A program made the translations under genes and the position numbers. From Thermoplasmatales archaeon SG8-52-3 (GTDB lineage: Archaea > Thermoplasmatota > E2 > DHVEG-1): 64,000 nucleotides of DNA. Each line of letters begins with the position of its first letter. Position 1 is the first letter of the stretch. The stretch is from the NCBI GenBank assembly GCA_001595915.1, contig LSSG01000019.1, positions 5,408-69,407 of the forward strand. The letters run 5' to 3'. This document shows, piece after piece, positions 7,334-14,771 of this stretch. Below the pieces are notes generated by a model. The model did no database searches. It saw only the letters and a program-made list of their open reading frames with translations, and had not been told where the DNA came from.

Positions 7334-8182
7334 ATGTCGAAAAGAAAGATTGTTAAAATTGATGAGGAAAAGTGTACAGGTTGTGGATTATGCATTCCAA
7401 ATTGTCCTGAAGGTGCAATTCAAATAATAGATGGAAAAGCTAGACTTGTTAGTGATATTTTTTGCGACGGTCTTGGTGCTTGTCTTGGACATTGCCCTGA
7501 AGGAGCAATTTCTACTGAAGAACGAGAGGCAGAACCTTATGATGAAAGAAAGACAATGGTAAATATTGTTAAAGCTGGGAAAAACACAATTATTGCTCAT
7601 CTAAATCATTTAAAAGATCATGGTGAAACTGAATATCTCAGGCAAGCACAAGAATATCTAGAAGAACAAGGTATTGAAATTAAATTAAAAGATGAAGAAT
7701 GTGGTTGTACACATGAACCTCATCATGCATGTCCTGGAGCGCAAATGAAGGATTTCTCAAATGAAAAAAAAGATACTGAGGGGGAGACAGAATCTAAAAG
7801 CTCTCAACTTAGACAATGGCCTATTCAACTTCATCTGGTACCACCATTTGCACCATATTTCCAAGGAAAAGATGTGTTGCTAGTTGCTGATTGTGTCGGT
7901 TATTCTATTGGTGATTTTCATAAAGATTATATCAAAGGTAGAAGTATTTCTATTGCTTGTCCAAAATTAGATTCAAATCAAGAAATCTACTTGGATAAAT
8001 TGATTAAATTGATAGATGGAGCAAAAATAAAAACCTTAACGGTTATGACAATGGAGGTACCATGTTGTAGTGGCCTACTTCATCTTGCAAAAAGAGCAGC
8101 TGAAAAAGCCACAAAGAAAATTCCTATAAAATCAATAGTTGTTGGAATTAAAGGGGACATTTTAAAGGAAGAATGGATTTAA
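7334..8182 (+). CDS. 4Fe-4S dicluster-domain protein with Cys-rich C-terminal domain. It is a putative Hcp-associated electron-transfer partner.
   Basis: CTGCGLCIPNCPEGAI…CDGLGACLGHCPEGAI, then a C-terminal VLLVADCVGYS…IACPKLDS…MEVPCCSGLLH. Function is inferred from adjacency to hcp. Confidence 0.65.
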   Translation: MSKRKIVKIDEEKCTGCGLCIPNCPEGAIQIIDGKARLVSDIFCDGLGACLGHCPEGAISTEEREAEPYDERKTMVNIVKAGKNTIIAHLNHLKDHGETEYLRQAQEYLEEQGIEIKLKDEECGCTHEPHHACPGAQMKDFSNEKKDTEGETESKSSQLRQWPIQLHLVPPFAPYFQGKDVLLVADCVGYSIGDFHKDYIKGRSISIACPKLDSNQEIYLDKLIKLIDGAKIKTLTVMTMEVPCCSGLLHLAKRAAEKATKKIPIKSIVVGIKGDILKEEWI

Positions 8183-8195
8183 GAGGTATGTAAAT

Positions 8196-8663
8196 ATGCA
8201 GAAAAAATGTTTTAAGGCAGGAGAAAAAGCACCTGATTTTTCTTTATTTGATCATAATGAAAAAGAGTTTAGATTATCTGATTTCAAAGGTAAAAGAGTG
8301 CTTCTTTCGTTTCATCCACTTGCTTGGACTGGAATTTGTTCAGAACAAATGAAATCTCTTGAGAAAAATTCAAAGGAATTTGAAGAATTAAACACAATTG
8401 CAGTAGGAATAAATGTTGATCCGATTCCGTCAAAAAAGGCATGGGCAGATAGTCTTGGTTTAAAAAATACAAAACTTCTTTCAGACTTCTGGCCACATGG
8501 AAAAGTATCAGATTTATATTTTTTATTTAGAGAAAAGCAGGGTTTTTCCGAGCGAGCAAATATAATTATCAATGAGAATCAAGAAATCGAATTTATTCGT
8601 ATATATGAAATTGGTGAATTACCGGATATTAATGAAATTCTAACATTTCTAAGAGAATTATGA
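8196..8663 (+). CDS. Peroxiredoxin (AhpC/TSA fold, AhpE-like active site)
   Basis: KAPDFSLFDHNEKEFRLSDFKGKRVLLSFHPLAWTGICSEQM, compared with the AhpE-type FPLAFTGIC motif. Confidence 0.8.
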   Translation: MQKKCFKAGEKAPDFSLFDHNEKEFRLSDFKGKRVLLSFHPLAWTGICSEQMKSLEKNSKEFEELNTIAVGINVDPIPSKKAWADSLGLKNTKLLSDFWPHGKVSDLYFLFREKQGFSERANIIINENQEIEFIRIYEIGELPDINEILTFLREL

Positions 8664-9385
8664 ACAATGGAATAGGAGATAGATTTCAAAAGGAAACAAA
8701 ATACTCTCGTTATTCAATGGTTGGAGGTAGTCTTGATTGGAGAAATCAACCAGAACCTTACAAGAGTTATCCAAATAGTAAGAAAATTAAACTTGAACCT
8801 CCAAAAGCTTTATCAAACATATCTCTAGATGAAGTTTTGAAAAAACGAAGAAGTATACGTAATTTTTCTGAAAAACCAATTACAAAAAAACAACTTTCCT
8901 ATTTATTATGGGCTTCAACTGGTATTCAAAGAAAAGAAATTGGATATGAATTTCGAACAGCTCCATCTGCAGGAGCACTATATCCAGTTGAGACATATTT
9001 GATAATTAATAGAGTTGAAAATATATCTAAAGGTGTTTATCATTATTCAGTAAAAGATCATCTTTTAGAGGAATTAAAAACTGGCGATTTTGGTATTAAT
9101 ATTTCAAGGGCTGCTTTAGAACAAGATATGTGTAATTCTTCTGCTTTTGTTGTTATTTGGACTGCTATCTTCAACCGTTCTAAGTGGAAATATGCGGAGC
9201 GTGCCTATAGGTATATATATTTAGATGCAGGTCACATTGCCGAAAATTTTGCCCTTGCATCAACAGGTCTTGGTTTAGGAAGTTGTCAAATTGCTGCATT
9301 ATATGATGATGAAGTAAATGAAATTATTGGCGTTGATGGAATTAATGAAAGTGTAATTTATATGAGTGTTGTTGGAAATTTGTAA
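8660..9385 (+). CDS. SagB-type dehydrogenase/nitroreductase-fold flavoprotein
   Basis: The ATGA start overlaps the peroxiredoxin stop. FQKETKYSR…WRNQPEPYKSYP…RRSIRNFSEKPITKKQLSYLLWASTGI…RTAPSAGALYPVETYL. Confidence 0.8.
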   Translation: MNNGIGDRFQKETKYSRYSMVGGSLDWRNQPEPYKSYPNSKKIKLEPPKALSNISLDEVLKKRRSIRNFSEKPITKKQLSYLLWASTGIQRKEIGYEFRTAPSAGALYPVETYLIINRVENISKGVYHYSVKDHLLEELKTGDFGINISRAALEQDMCNSSAFVVIWTAIFNRSKWKYAERAYRYIYLDAGHIAENFALASTGLGLGSCQIAALYDDEVNEIIGVDGINESVIYMSVVGNL

Positions 9386-9443
9386 TTTATAGTAAATAAT
9401 AAATCTGAAATATTTGTTTATTAACTTTAGATTGGAGGTTCCT

Positions 9444-9836
9444 ATGAGTTCTGATATTATTAAAAAATTAAATGATAAAAGCTGGGAAAAGACTGTAGAA
9501 AGGGGGAAAAAACCAGTAGTTGTAATGTTTTCCAGTCCTACTTGTCCTTATTGTATGCAAATGAGACCATATTTTGAAGAGTATGCAAAAGAATACAAAG
9601 ATAAGATTTTATTTGCAGAGGTTGATATATCAATTAGTCAAACCATTGCATCTAGATATGGTGTGATGGGAACACCTACGTTCAAATTTTTTTGTAAGGG
9701 TAAACCAATAAATGAACTTGTTGGTGCAATCTATCCAGCTATTATAAAAAAAACAATTGAGATTACACTAGAACATGGATCACAATGTGCTGAAAATACA
9801 TCCTGGGTTGATTCAAGTATTTCAGGATATGCATAG
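9444..9836 (+). CDS. Thioredoxin-fold protein (CPYC active site)
   Basis: KKPVVVMFSSPTCPYCMQMRPYFEE…GVMGTPTFKFF. ATG 9444 follows GGAGG (9434-9438). The track's TTG at 9414 is less likely. Confidence 0.85.
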   Translation: MSSDIIKKLNDKSWEKTVERGKKPVVVMFSSPTCPYCMQMRPYFEEYAKEYKDKILFAEVDISISQTIASRYGVMGTPTFKFFCKGKPINELVGAIYPAIIKKTIEITLEHGSQCAENTSWVDSSISGYA

Positions 9837-9850
9837 AGAGGCATATTAAT

Positions 9851-10405
9851 ATGGATGTAAAGGATGCAATTATTAAGAGGAGAGCGTATAGATCTTTGAT
9901 TCCCACTAAAATTACTAAAAAATTAATTACTGATCTTGCAGAATGTGCTCGAATTACTGCTTCATGTTTTAATAATCAACCTTGGAAATATGTTTTTGTT
10001 TTCAAAAAAGAAGTGCTAAATAAAATGCATGAAGCTTTATCATCTGGTAATGAATGGGTAAAAAAAGCATCAATGATTATTGTTGTTCTTGGTAAAAAAG
10101 AAGATGATTGTGTAATAAGAGATAGGATATACTATCGATTCGATATTGGAATGGCTACTGAAGCAATCATTCTTAGAGCAACTGAACTTGGTCTTGTTGC
10201 CCATCCTATTGCAGGATATAGCCCAAGAAAAACCAGAGAAGTTCTTGGAATACCAGAAGATATTGATGTTATTACATTAGTGATTATTGGTAAGCATTCT
10301 GATAAAATCGATCCTGTTTTATCTGAAAAACAAATTGAAGCTGAAAAAAATCGGCCAGAAAGAATCCCAATAGATGATTTTGTATATATAAATAAATATA
10401 TTTGA
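9851..10405 (+). CDS. Nitroreductase-family flavoprotein
   Basis: IIKRRAYRSL…AECARITASCFNNQPWKYVFV…DIGMATEAIILRATELGLVAHPIAG. Confidence 0.8.
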   Translation: MDVKDAIIKRRAYRSLIPTKITKKLITDLAECARITASCFNNQPWKYVFVFKKEVLNKMHEALSSGNEWVKKASMIIVVLGKKEDDCVIRDRIYYRFDIGMATEAIILRATELGLVAHPIAGYSPRKTREVLGIPEDIDVITLVIIGKHSDKIDPVLSEKQIEAEKNRPERIPIDDFVYINKYI

Positions 10406-10420
10406 AAGGAGTGAGAATTT

Positions 10421-10702
10421 ATGAATATTGAACATGTAGATGGAGAGAATAGAGGTAAGATTTTATTATATGCCTTAAGTACTTGTGGCTGGTGTAGAAA
10501 GACTAAAGAATTCTTAAAAAAACTAGGTGTAGAATTTTCATATATATATGTTGATTTAGTTGATGAAATTGAAAAAGATAAAGTAATTCAAGAAGTAAGA
10601 AAATGTAATCCTAGAAACTCCTATCCTACTATTATTATTAACGATAATCAATGTATTGTTGGCTATAAGGAAGATGAAATAAGAGAGGTTCTAAACAAAT
10701 GA
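10421..10702 (+). CDS. Glutaredoxin-like small redox protein (CGWC)
   Basis: [32 protein letters not shown]…[22 protein letters not shown] lies upstream. Confidence 0.75.
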   Translation: MNIEHVDGENRGKILLYALSTCGWCRKTKEFLKKLGVEFSYIYVDLVDEIEKDKVIQEVRKCNPRNSYPTIIINDNQCIVGYKEDEIREVLNK

Positions 10703-11202
10703 ACAATATTAAAAAAGAAGATATTGAAAAAATTTATAAAAAACTTAACAAAGAGGCAGAATTCTCTGGTTATTATCTAAATTCTGATATTGAGTTTACA
10801 AAAGACCTTATTAGAGGTCTATTGATAAATGAAGAAAGGTATGGATATTGGGCTTGTCCATGTAGACTTGCGTCAGGTAATAAAAGTAAGGATTTAGACA
10901 TGATATGTCCATGTGATTATCGAGATGATGATTTATCAGATTATGATTGCTGTTATTGTGCTTTATATGTTTCAAAAGATGTAATAGATGGTAAAAAGAA
11001 AATAAGTCCTATACCAGATCGTAGATTACAGGATGATTATAAAAGGGTAAAGGGAGAAAAACCAATAGAAAATTATAATTTCAAATTATCAAAACCTGTT
11101 TGGAGATGTAAGGTTTGTGGTTATCTATGTGGTAGAGATAATCCTCCTGAGATATGTCCGATATGTAAAGCAAAAAAAGAAAGATTTGAAAAATTTATGT
11201 GA
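10699..11202 (+). CDS. Ferredoxin:thioredoxin-reductase catalytic-subunit-like protein fused to a C-terminal rubredoxin domain (FDR-type)
   Basis: The ATGA start overlaps the preceding stop. [30 protein letters not shown]…CCYCALYVS is FTR-type CPC…CPC…CxC. The C-terminus is [29 protein letters not shown]. Confidence 0.8.
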   Translation: MNNIKKEDIEKIYKKLNKEAEFSGYYLNSDIEFTKDLIRGLLINEERYGYWACPCRLASGNKSKDLDMICPCDYRDDDLSDYDCCYCALYVSKDVIDGKKKISPIPDRRLQDDYKRVKGEKPIENYNFKLSKPVWRCKVCGYLCGRDNPPEICPICKAKKERFEKFM

Positions 11203-11204
11203 AA

Positions 11205-11390
11205 CTATCCAGCTCTTCCATCATCACATGCATTTTCATCATCCATCGGTCTAGCATGTTCTGCATGGGCGGGTTGAGTACATATATCGAGAGGTACTTT
11301 TTTCATAGGTTTACCACAACAACTAGGGATATTTTCATCAAATACTTCAATCGTTTTTCCACATAACTCACATTTATAGTTAATTTTCAT
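11205..11390 (-). CDS. Desulforedoxin-like small metal-binding protein with conserved-looking acidic/His tail
   Basis: MKINYKCELCGKTIEVFDENIPSCCGKPMKKV matches the desulforedoxin pattern CxxC…CC-G-x-x-M. The tail is PLDICTQPAHAEHARPMDDENACDDGRAG. ATG at 11390 follows AGGTG. The track's earlier start at 11420 would overlap the upstream gene. Confidence 0.6.
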   Translation of the reverse strand: MKINYKCELCGKTIEVFDENIPSCCGKPMKKVPLDICTQPAHAEHARPMDDENACDDGRAG

Positions 11391-11403
11391 GGTTATACAC
11401 CTA

Positions 11404-11847
11404 TTATTGTACAATTTCATTTATTTTTGATTCAATATGTTTTTTCTCATTTTCAGTCAATGATTGATCAAGCATTGTGTAGACCTTTTCTTCCTCATAA
11501 GTTTTATGTCTAATCAGATATATTTTAAAACTGTAGATATCAGATATCATTCTCTTATTTTTAATATCCTTCCTCCAATTGTTCAATTTATTTAATATGA
11601 AATTATGTTGTTTTGTAAGCTCAGGTAACATCTTATAACCCTCAGCTTTGTCTTCAGGATTATATGTGGTAAATATTGCTTTTTCTTCAGTAAAAATATG
11701 TTTTTCAAGTTCCCATTCAAATTTATTAAATGCATTTTGCATTGATTCAAAATCTTTATTATTATTTTCTTCAAGTTTAGTTAATAAATTTTCGATTTTT
11801 CTATGATTTTTTACCATCAATTTAAATATATTTACAGATTTCATCAT
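11404..11847 (-). CDS. Hemerythrin-like (HHE cation-binding) domain protein
   Basis: MVKNHRKIENLL…FEWELEKHIFTEEKAIF…ELTKQHNFILNKL…LIRHKTYEEEKVY. These are repeated H…E/HxxxE helix motifs. Confidence 0.7.
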   Translation of the reverse strand: MMKSVNIFKLMVKNHRKIENLLTKLEENNNKDFESMQNAFNKFEWELEKHIFTEEKAIFTTYNPEDKAEGYKMLPELTKQHNFILNKLNNWRKDIKNKRMISDIYSFKIYLIRHKTYEEEKVYTMLDQSLTENEKKHIESKINEIVQ

Positions 11848-11970
11848 TGTATATTAATACCTCTTCTTTGTAGGAATGATTTAATATAATTTATATATTG
11901 CTAAACAAAAGAAATATTTTCAAAATAGTATTATAGAATCAATCTATTTATATGTGGTAGGAATAAAAGG

Positions 11971-12396
11971 ATGAATAGACAAAAATTTCAAATAAAACTA
12001 GTTAAAGCATGGCCTGAAGATCAAATTGTGAATCTCTATAAAGCTGGAGGTTGGTGGAAGGATTATTATGATTCATCAAAACTAAAATTATTGATTAAGG
12101 GAAGTTACGCTTTTGCAGTAGCTATTGAAAAAGAATCAAATAAAGCAATTGGGATGGGACGTGTTATCTCTGATGGTACATCTGATGCTTATATTCAAGA
12201 TCTTGTAGTTTTACCAGAGTTTCGTGAATCTGGAATAGGTAAAAAACTTGTTAAAAAATTACTTGAATTTTGCCTATCAAAAAATCTAGCTTGGATTGGT
12301 CTTATTGCAGAACCAAATCAGAACGGTTTCTATTCAAATATAGGATTTAAAATATTAAAAAATTATACACCAATGAAATATTACAAAGATGATTAA
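11971..12396 (+). CDS. GNAT-family N-acetyltransferase
   Basis: IGMGRVISDGTSDAYIQDLVVLPEFRESGIGKKLVKKLLEF…GFYSNIGF is the acetyl-CoA-binding Q/RxxGxG/A motif. Confidence 0.8.
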   Translation: MNRQKFQIKLVKAWPEDQIVNLYKAGGWWKDYYDSSKLKLLIKGSYAFAVAIEKESNKAIGMGRVISDGTSDAYIQDLVVLPEFRESGIGKKLVKKLLEFCLSKNLAWIGLIAEPNQNGFYSNIGFKILKNYTPMKYYKDD

Positions 12397-13294
12397 AATG
12401 CTTTCAATTGATGACTTTAAATTAATTTCACTTGATGATAAAGAAATATTTGATAAACATTATAAAAAATATCCACCGGTCCATAGTGATAATAATTTTA
12501 CAACATTGATTAGCTGGGTAGAATACAGTAAATATAAATATGTCTTTATTGAGGATAATATTATAATTATGAGCAATATAAAAAATCAGATTCAGTTCAG
12601 ACCTCCTTGGGGTAATATTAACAAAAATTTGTTTGATCAAGTTTTGATGCTTGCTAAAAAACAAGATTCAGAATATCCCTTCGGTGTTATCGATAATAAA
12701 ACAAAGAACTGGCTTTCAATAAATTATCCAAAATTAGAATTTATTCCAAAAAGAGAATACTTTGATTATGTCTATCTTGCTATGGACCTTGCTGAATTAC
12801 CTGGCTCAGCTTATAGTAAAATTAGAAATCGAGTTAACAAATTCAAAAGAAATTATACATATAATGTTGAAAAAATCACAGAAGAAAATATAAATGAAAT
12901 TCATGAATTTTTAAAGAGATGGTGTCTTTGGAAGGATTGCGAATCTGATCCTTTACTTGAAAATGAGAAAAAAGCAATATTATATTCAATGAATCATTAT
13001 TTTGATCTTGGGTTAGCAGGTATTTTGATTCGCATTGAGGATGCAGTTGAGGCAATTGCAGTTTTTGAAGCTATGAATACTGATACTGCAGTTGTTCATT
13101 ATGAAAAAGGTTCACCTGATTATGATGGGATTTATAAAATAGTAAATCAGGAAACAGCAAAAATACTTCAAAAAGATTTTAAGTTTATAAATAGAGAATC
13201 TGACATGGATTTACCAGGATTAAGAAAAGCAAAAATGTCATATAGACCTCATCATATGATAGAAATATTTAATATTAACAAAAAAAGTATATAA
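12389..13294 (+). CDS. DUF2156-like (lysyl-PG-synthase C-terminal/GNAT-fold) domain protein
   Basis: Overlaps the GNAT stop. It has the size and general pattern of DUF2156 proteins (FTTLISW…, …YDGIYKIVNQE…FINRESDMDLPGLRKAKMSYRP). This is a recollection-level match only. Confidence 0.5.
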   Translation: MIKMLSIDDFKLISLDDKEIFDKHYKKYPPVHSDNNFTTLISWVEYSKYKYVFIEDNIIIMSNIKNQIQFRPPWGNINKNLFDQVLMLAKKQDSEYPFGVIDNKTKNWLSINYPKLEFIPKREYFDYVYLAMDLAELPGSAYSKIRNRVNKFKRNYTYNVEKITEENINEIHEFLKRWCLWKDCESDPLLENEKKAILYSMNHYFDLGLAGILIRIEDAVEAIAVFEAMNTDTAVVHYEKGSPDYDGIYKIVNQETAKILQKDFKFINRESDMDLPGLRKAKMSYRPHHMIEIFNINKKSI

Positions 13295-13315
13295 TTTCAG
13301 ATATTTATTAATTTA

Positions 13316-13654
13316 TTATTCATCACATGCTCTGCAAAATAAAGAAAATTCTGGGCTTTTTCTTAACAATTTACAAATCCTGCAGGTTTCGGGAATTACA
13401 TGTCCATTTCCATTATCGATTATGTTTTGAGCAGATGTTTTAATCTCAGTTAGAATTAAATCATCTACTATATTTATCCTCCCACGCTTTCTTGAAACAT
13501 ATTGACAAACCGCAGCCGGTGTAATGCCTAATTTTTCTGCAGTATCTTTTTGACTTAAACCAAAATCCTTTATCATGCTTTCCGCAATTTCTTTTCTAAT
13601 GACGGGCAAACCATTCCACATCATATATTCGCAGGTAGTTCGTTTCATATACAT
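13316..13654 (-). CDS. HTH transcriptional regulator with C-terminal Cys4 (zinc-ribbon-like) module
   Basis: GLSQKDTAEKLGITPAAVCQYVSRKRG is the helix-turn-helix. The C-terminus is CRICKLL…LFCRACDE. Architecture resembles small archaeal COG2522-type regulators. Confidence 0.7.
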   Translation of the reverse strand: MYMKRTTCEYMMWNGLPVIRKEIAESMIKDFGLSQKDTAEKLGITPAAVCQYVSRKRGRINIVDDLILTEIKTSAQNIIDNGNGHVIPETCRICKLLRKSPEFSLFCRACDE

Positions 13655-13688
13655 GAATATTATTCTGTATACTTATAATTAACGATTG

Positions 13689-13702
13689 TTTATTAATATG
13701 TT
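13689..13702. promoter_or_regulatory. Imperfect palindrome TTAACGATTGTTTA, a candidate operator 35-48 nt upstream of the regulator gene start
   Basis: It matches 12 of 14 positions of the perfect palindrome at 13847-13860. Confidence 0.3.
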
Positions 13703-13821
13703 ACATTTGTTGCAAATTAGAAAAAACTAGGAATTAAATTATTGAAACTATTGTTATAATAATATCTTATTTAGAATTTATTATTATCATAATCTTAAAA
13801 TTATTATGGGCTATAAGCAAC

Positions 13822-13835
13822 GAAACATTTAAATA
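13822..13835 (+). promoter_or_regulatory. Archaeal-type BRE/TATA promoter (GAAAC-A-TTTAAATA)
   Basis: The 12-mer AAACATTTAAAT (13823-13834) recurs at 30447-30458, at a sensible distance upstream of the gene at 30505. It matches the TTTAWATA archaeal TATA consensus preceded by a purine-rich BRE. Confidence 0.45.
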
Positions 13836-13846
13836 CCTGATATATA

Positions 13847-13860
13847 TTAACAATTGTTAA
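13847..13860. promoter_or_regulatory. Perfect 14-bp palindrome TTAACAATTGTTAA, a candidate repressor operator over the predicted transcription start
   Basis: Read directly. It begins 12 nt downstream of the TATA element at 13828-13835. Confidence 0.35.
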
Positions 13861-14040
13861 TTAGAGGCTTAATGGGGAAATATATCTCTTGATTATTAAG
13901 GAAATCAGGATTAAAAAAAATATTATTCAGGCTGATGGAAACTGGGGGTGAAAAAGGCAGGGTGAACCCATCTTTTTATATCCCATCCTTTCCTCCTCTC
14001 CTCAAAACTATATTTTGAACCCTCTCCATCTTTTTTTTTT
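13860..14040 (+). ncRNA. Candidate small non-coding transcript or structured leader (boundaries approximate)
   Basis: It is bounded by the BRE/TATA at 13822-13835 and a T10 run at 14031-14040. It contains the only G+C-rich island in an otherwise A+T-rich spacer (13930-14030). That island has GATGG (13934-13938) complementary to three downstream CCATC+T-run copies. No family was recognised. Confidence 0.25.
14031..14040 (+). terminator. T10 run, a candidate archaeal oligo-T terminator
   Basis: tttttttttt follows the sequence gaaccctctccatc. A separate TATA-like AT box lies about 25 nt before the ogg ATG, suggesting ogg has its own (leaderless-type) promoter. Confidence 0.35.
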
Positions 14041-14077
14041 ATAAAATAATAAACATTACATATTGGATAAATTATAG

Positions 14078-14710
14078 ATGTTGGAAATGAACGAACTTAT
14101 AAATAAAATTGAAAACCTTAAACATAGTGAGATTGCAAATATTATCGATAAAAGAATAGAGGATTTTAAAAAAATTGATAAAAATTCAAATGAGGAGTTA
14201 TTTAAGGAGATATGTTTTTGTTTGTTAACTGCAAATTATAATGCTGAAAAAAGCATTAAAATTCAAAAAGAAATTGGAGATTGTTTTTTGACAGATTCTA
14301 AAGAAGAACTAACAAAAAAACTTAGAAATTATGGTCATAGATTTCCAAATGCTAGAGCAGAATATATCCAAGACTCATTGAATTGTAAAGATAAGTTAAA
14401 AGAAGTTATTCAATTTCCAGATAAAAAAGCATTAAGAGATTGGATTGTAAATAATGTAAAGGGTATTGGATATAAAGAAGCTAGTCATTTTCTAAGAAAT
14501 GTAGGTTTTGATGATTATGCAATAATTGATTTTCATATAATCGATATATTAGTTAATAATAATATAATTAACAGACCAAAAACTCTAACAAAAAAAAGAT
14601 ATTTTGAAATAGAAGATGTATTAAGAAGACTAGCTAAAAAAACTGATCTAACCTTAGCAGAACTTGATTTGTATCTTTGGTACCTTGAAACAGGAAAAAT
14701 ATTGAAGTAA
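14078..14710 (+). CDS. ogg: 8-oxoguanine DNA glycosylase/AP lyase, archaeal Ogg2 type (HhH-GPD)
   Basis: ELFKEICFCLLTANYNAEKSIKIQ…VKGIGYKEASHFLRNVGFDDYAIIDFHIIDIL. Confidence 0.8.
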   Translation: MLEMNELINKIENLKHSEIANIIDKRIEDFKKIDKNSNEELFKEICFCLLTANYNAEKSIKIQKEIGDCFLTDSKEELTKKLRNYGHRFPNARAEYIQDSLNCKDKLKEVIQFPDKKALRDWIVNNVKGIGYKEASHFLRNVGFDDYAIIDFHIIDILVNNNIINRPKTLTKKRYFEIEDVLRRLAKKTDLTLAELDLYLWYLETGKILK

Positions 14711-14771
14711 CTATTGATGTTTAACCTAAAGGTTTTTAGAGGATTAGCATATCACGGATTTGGTGATTTAA

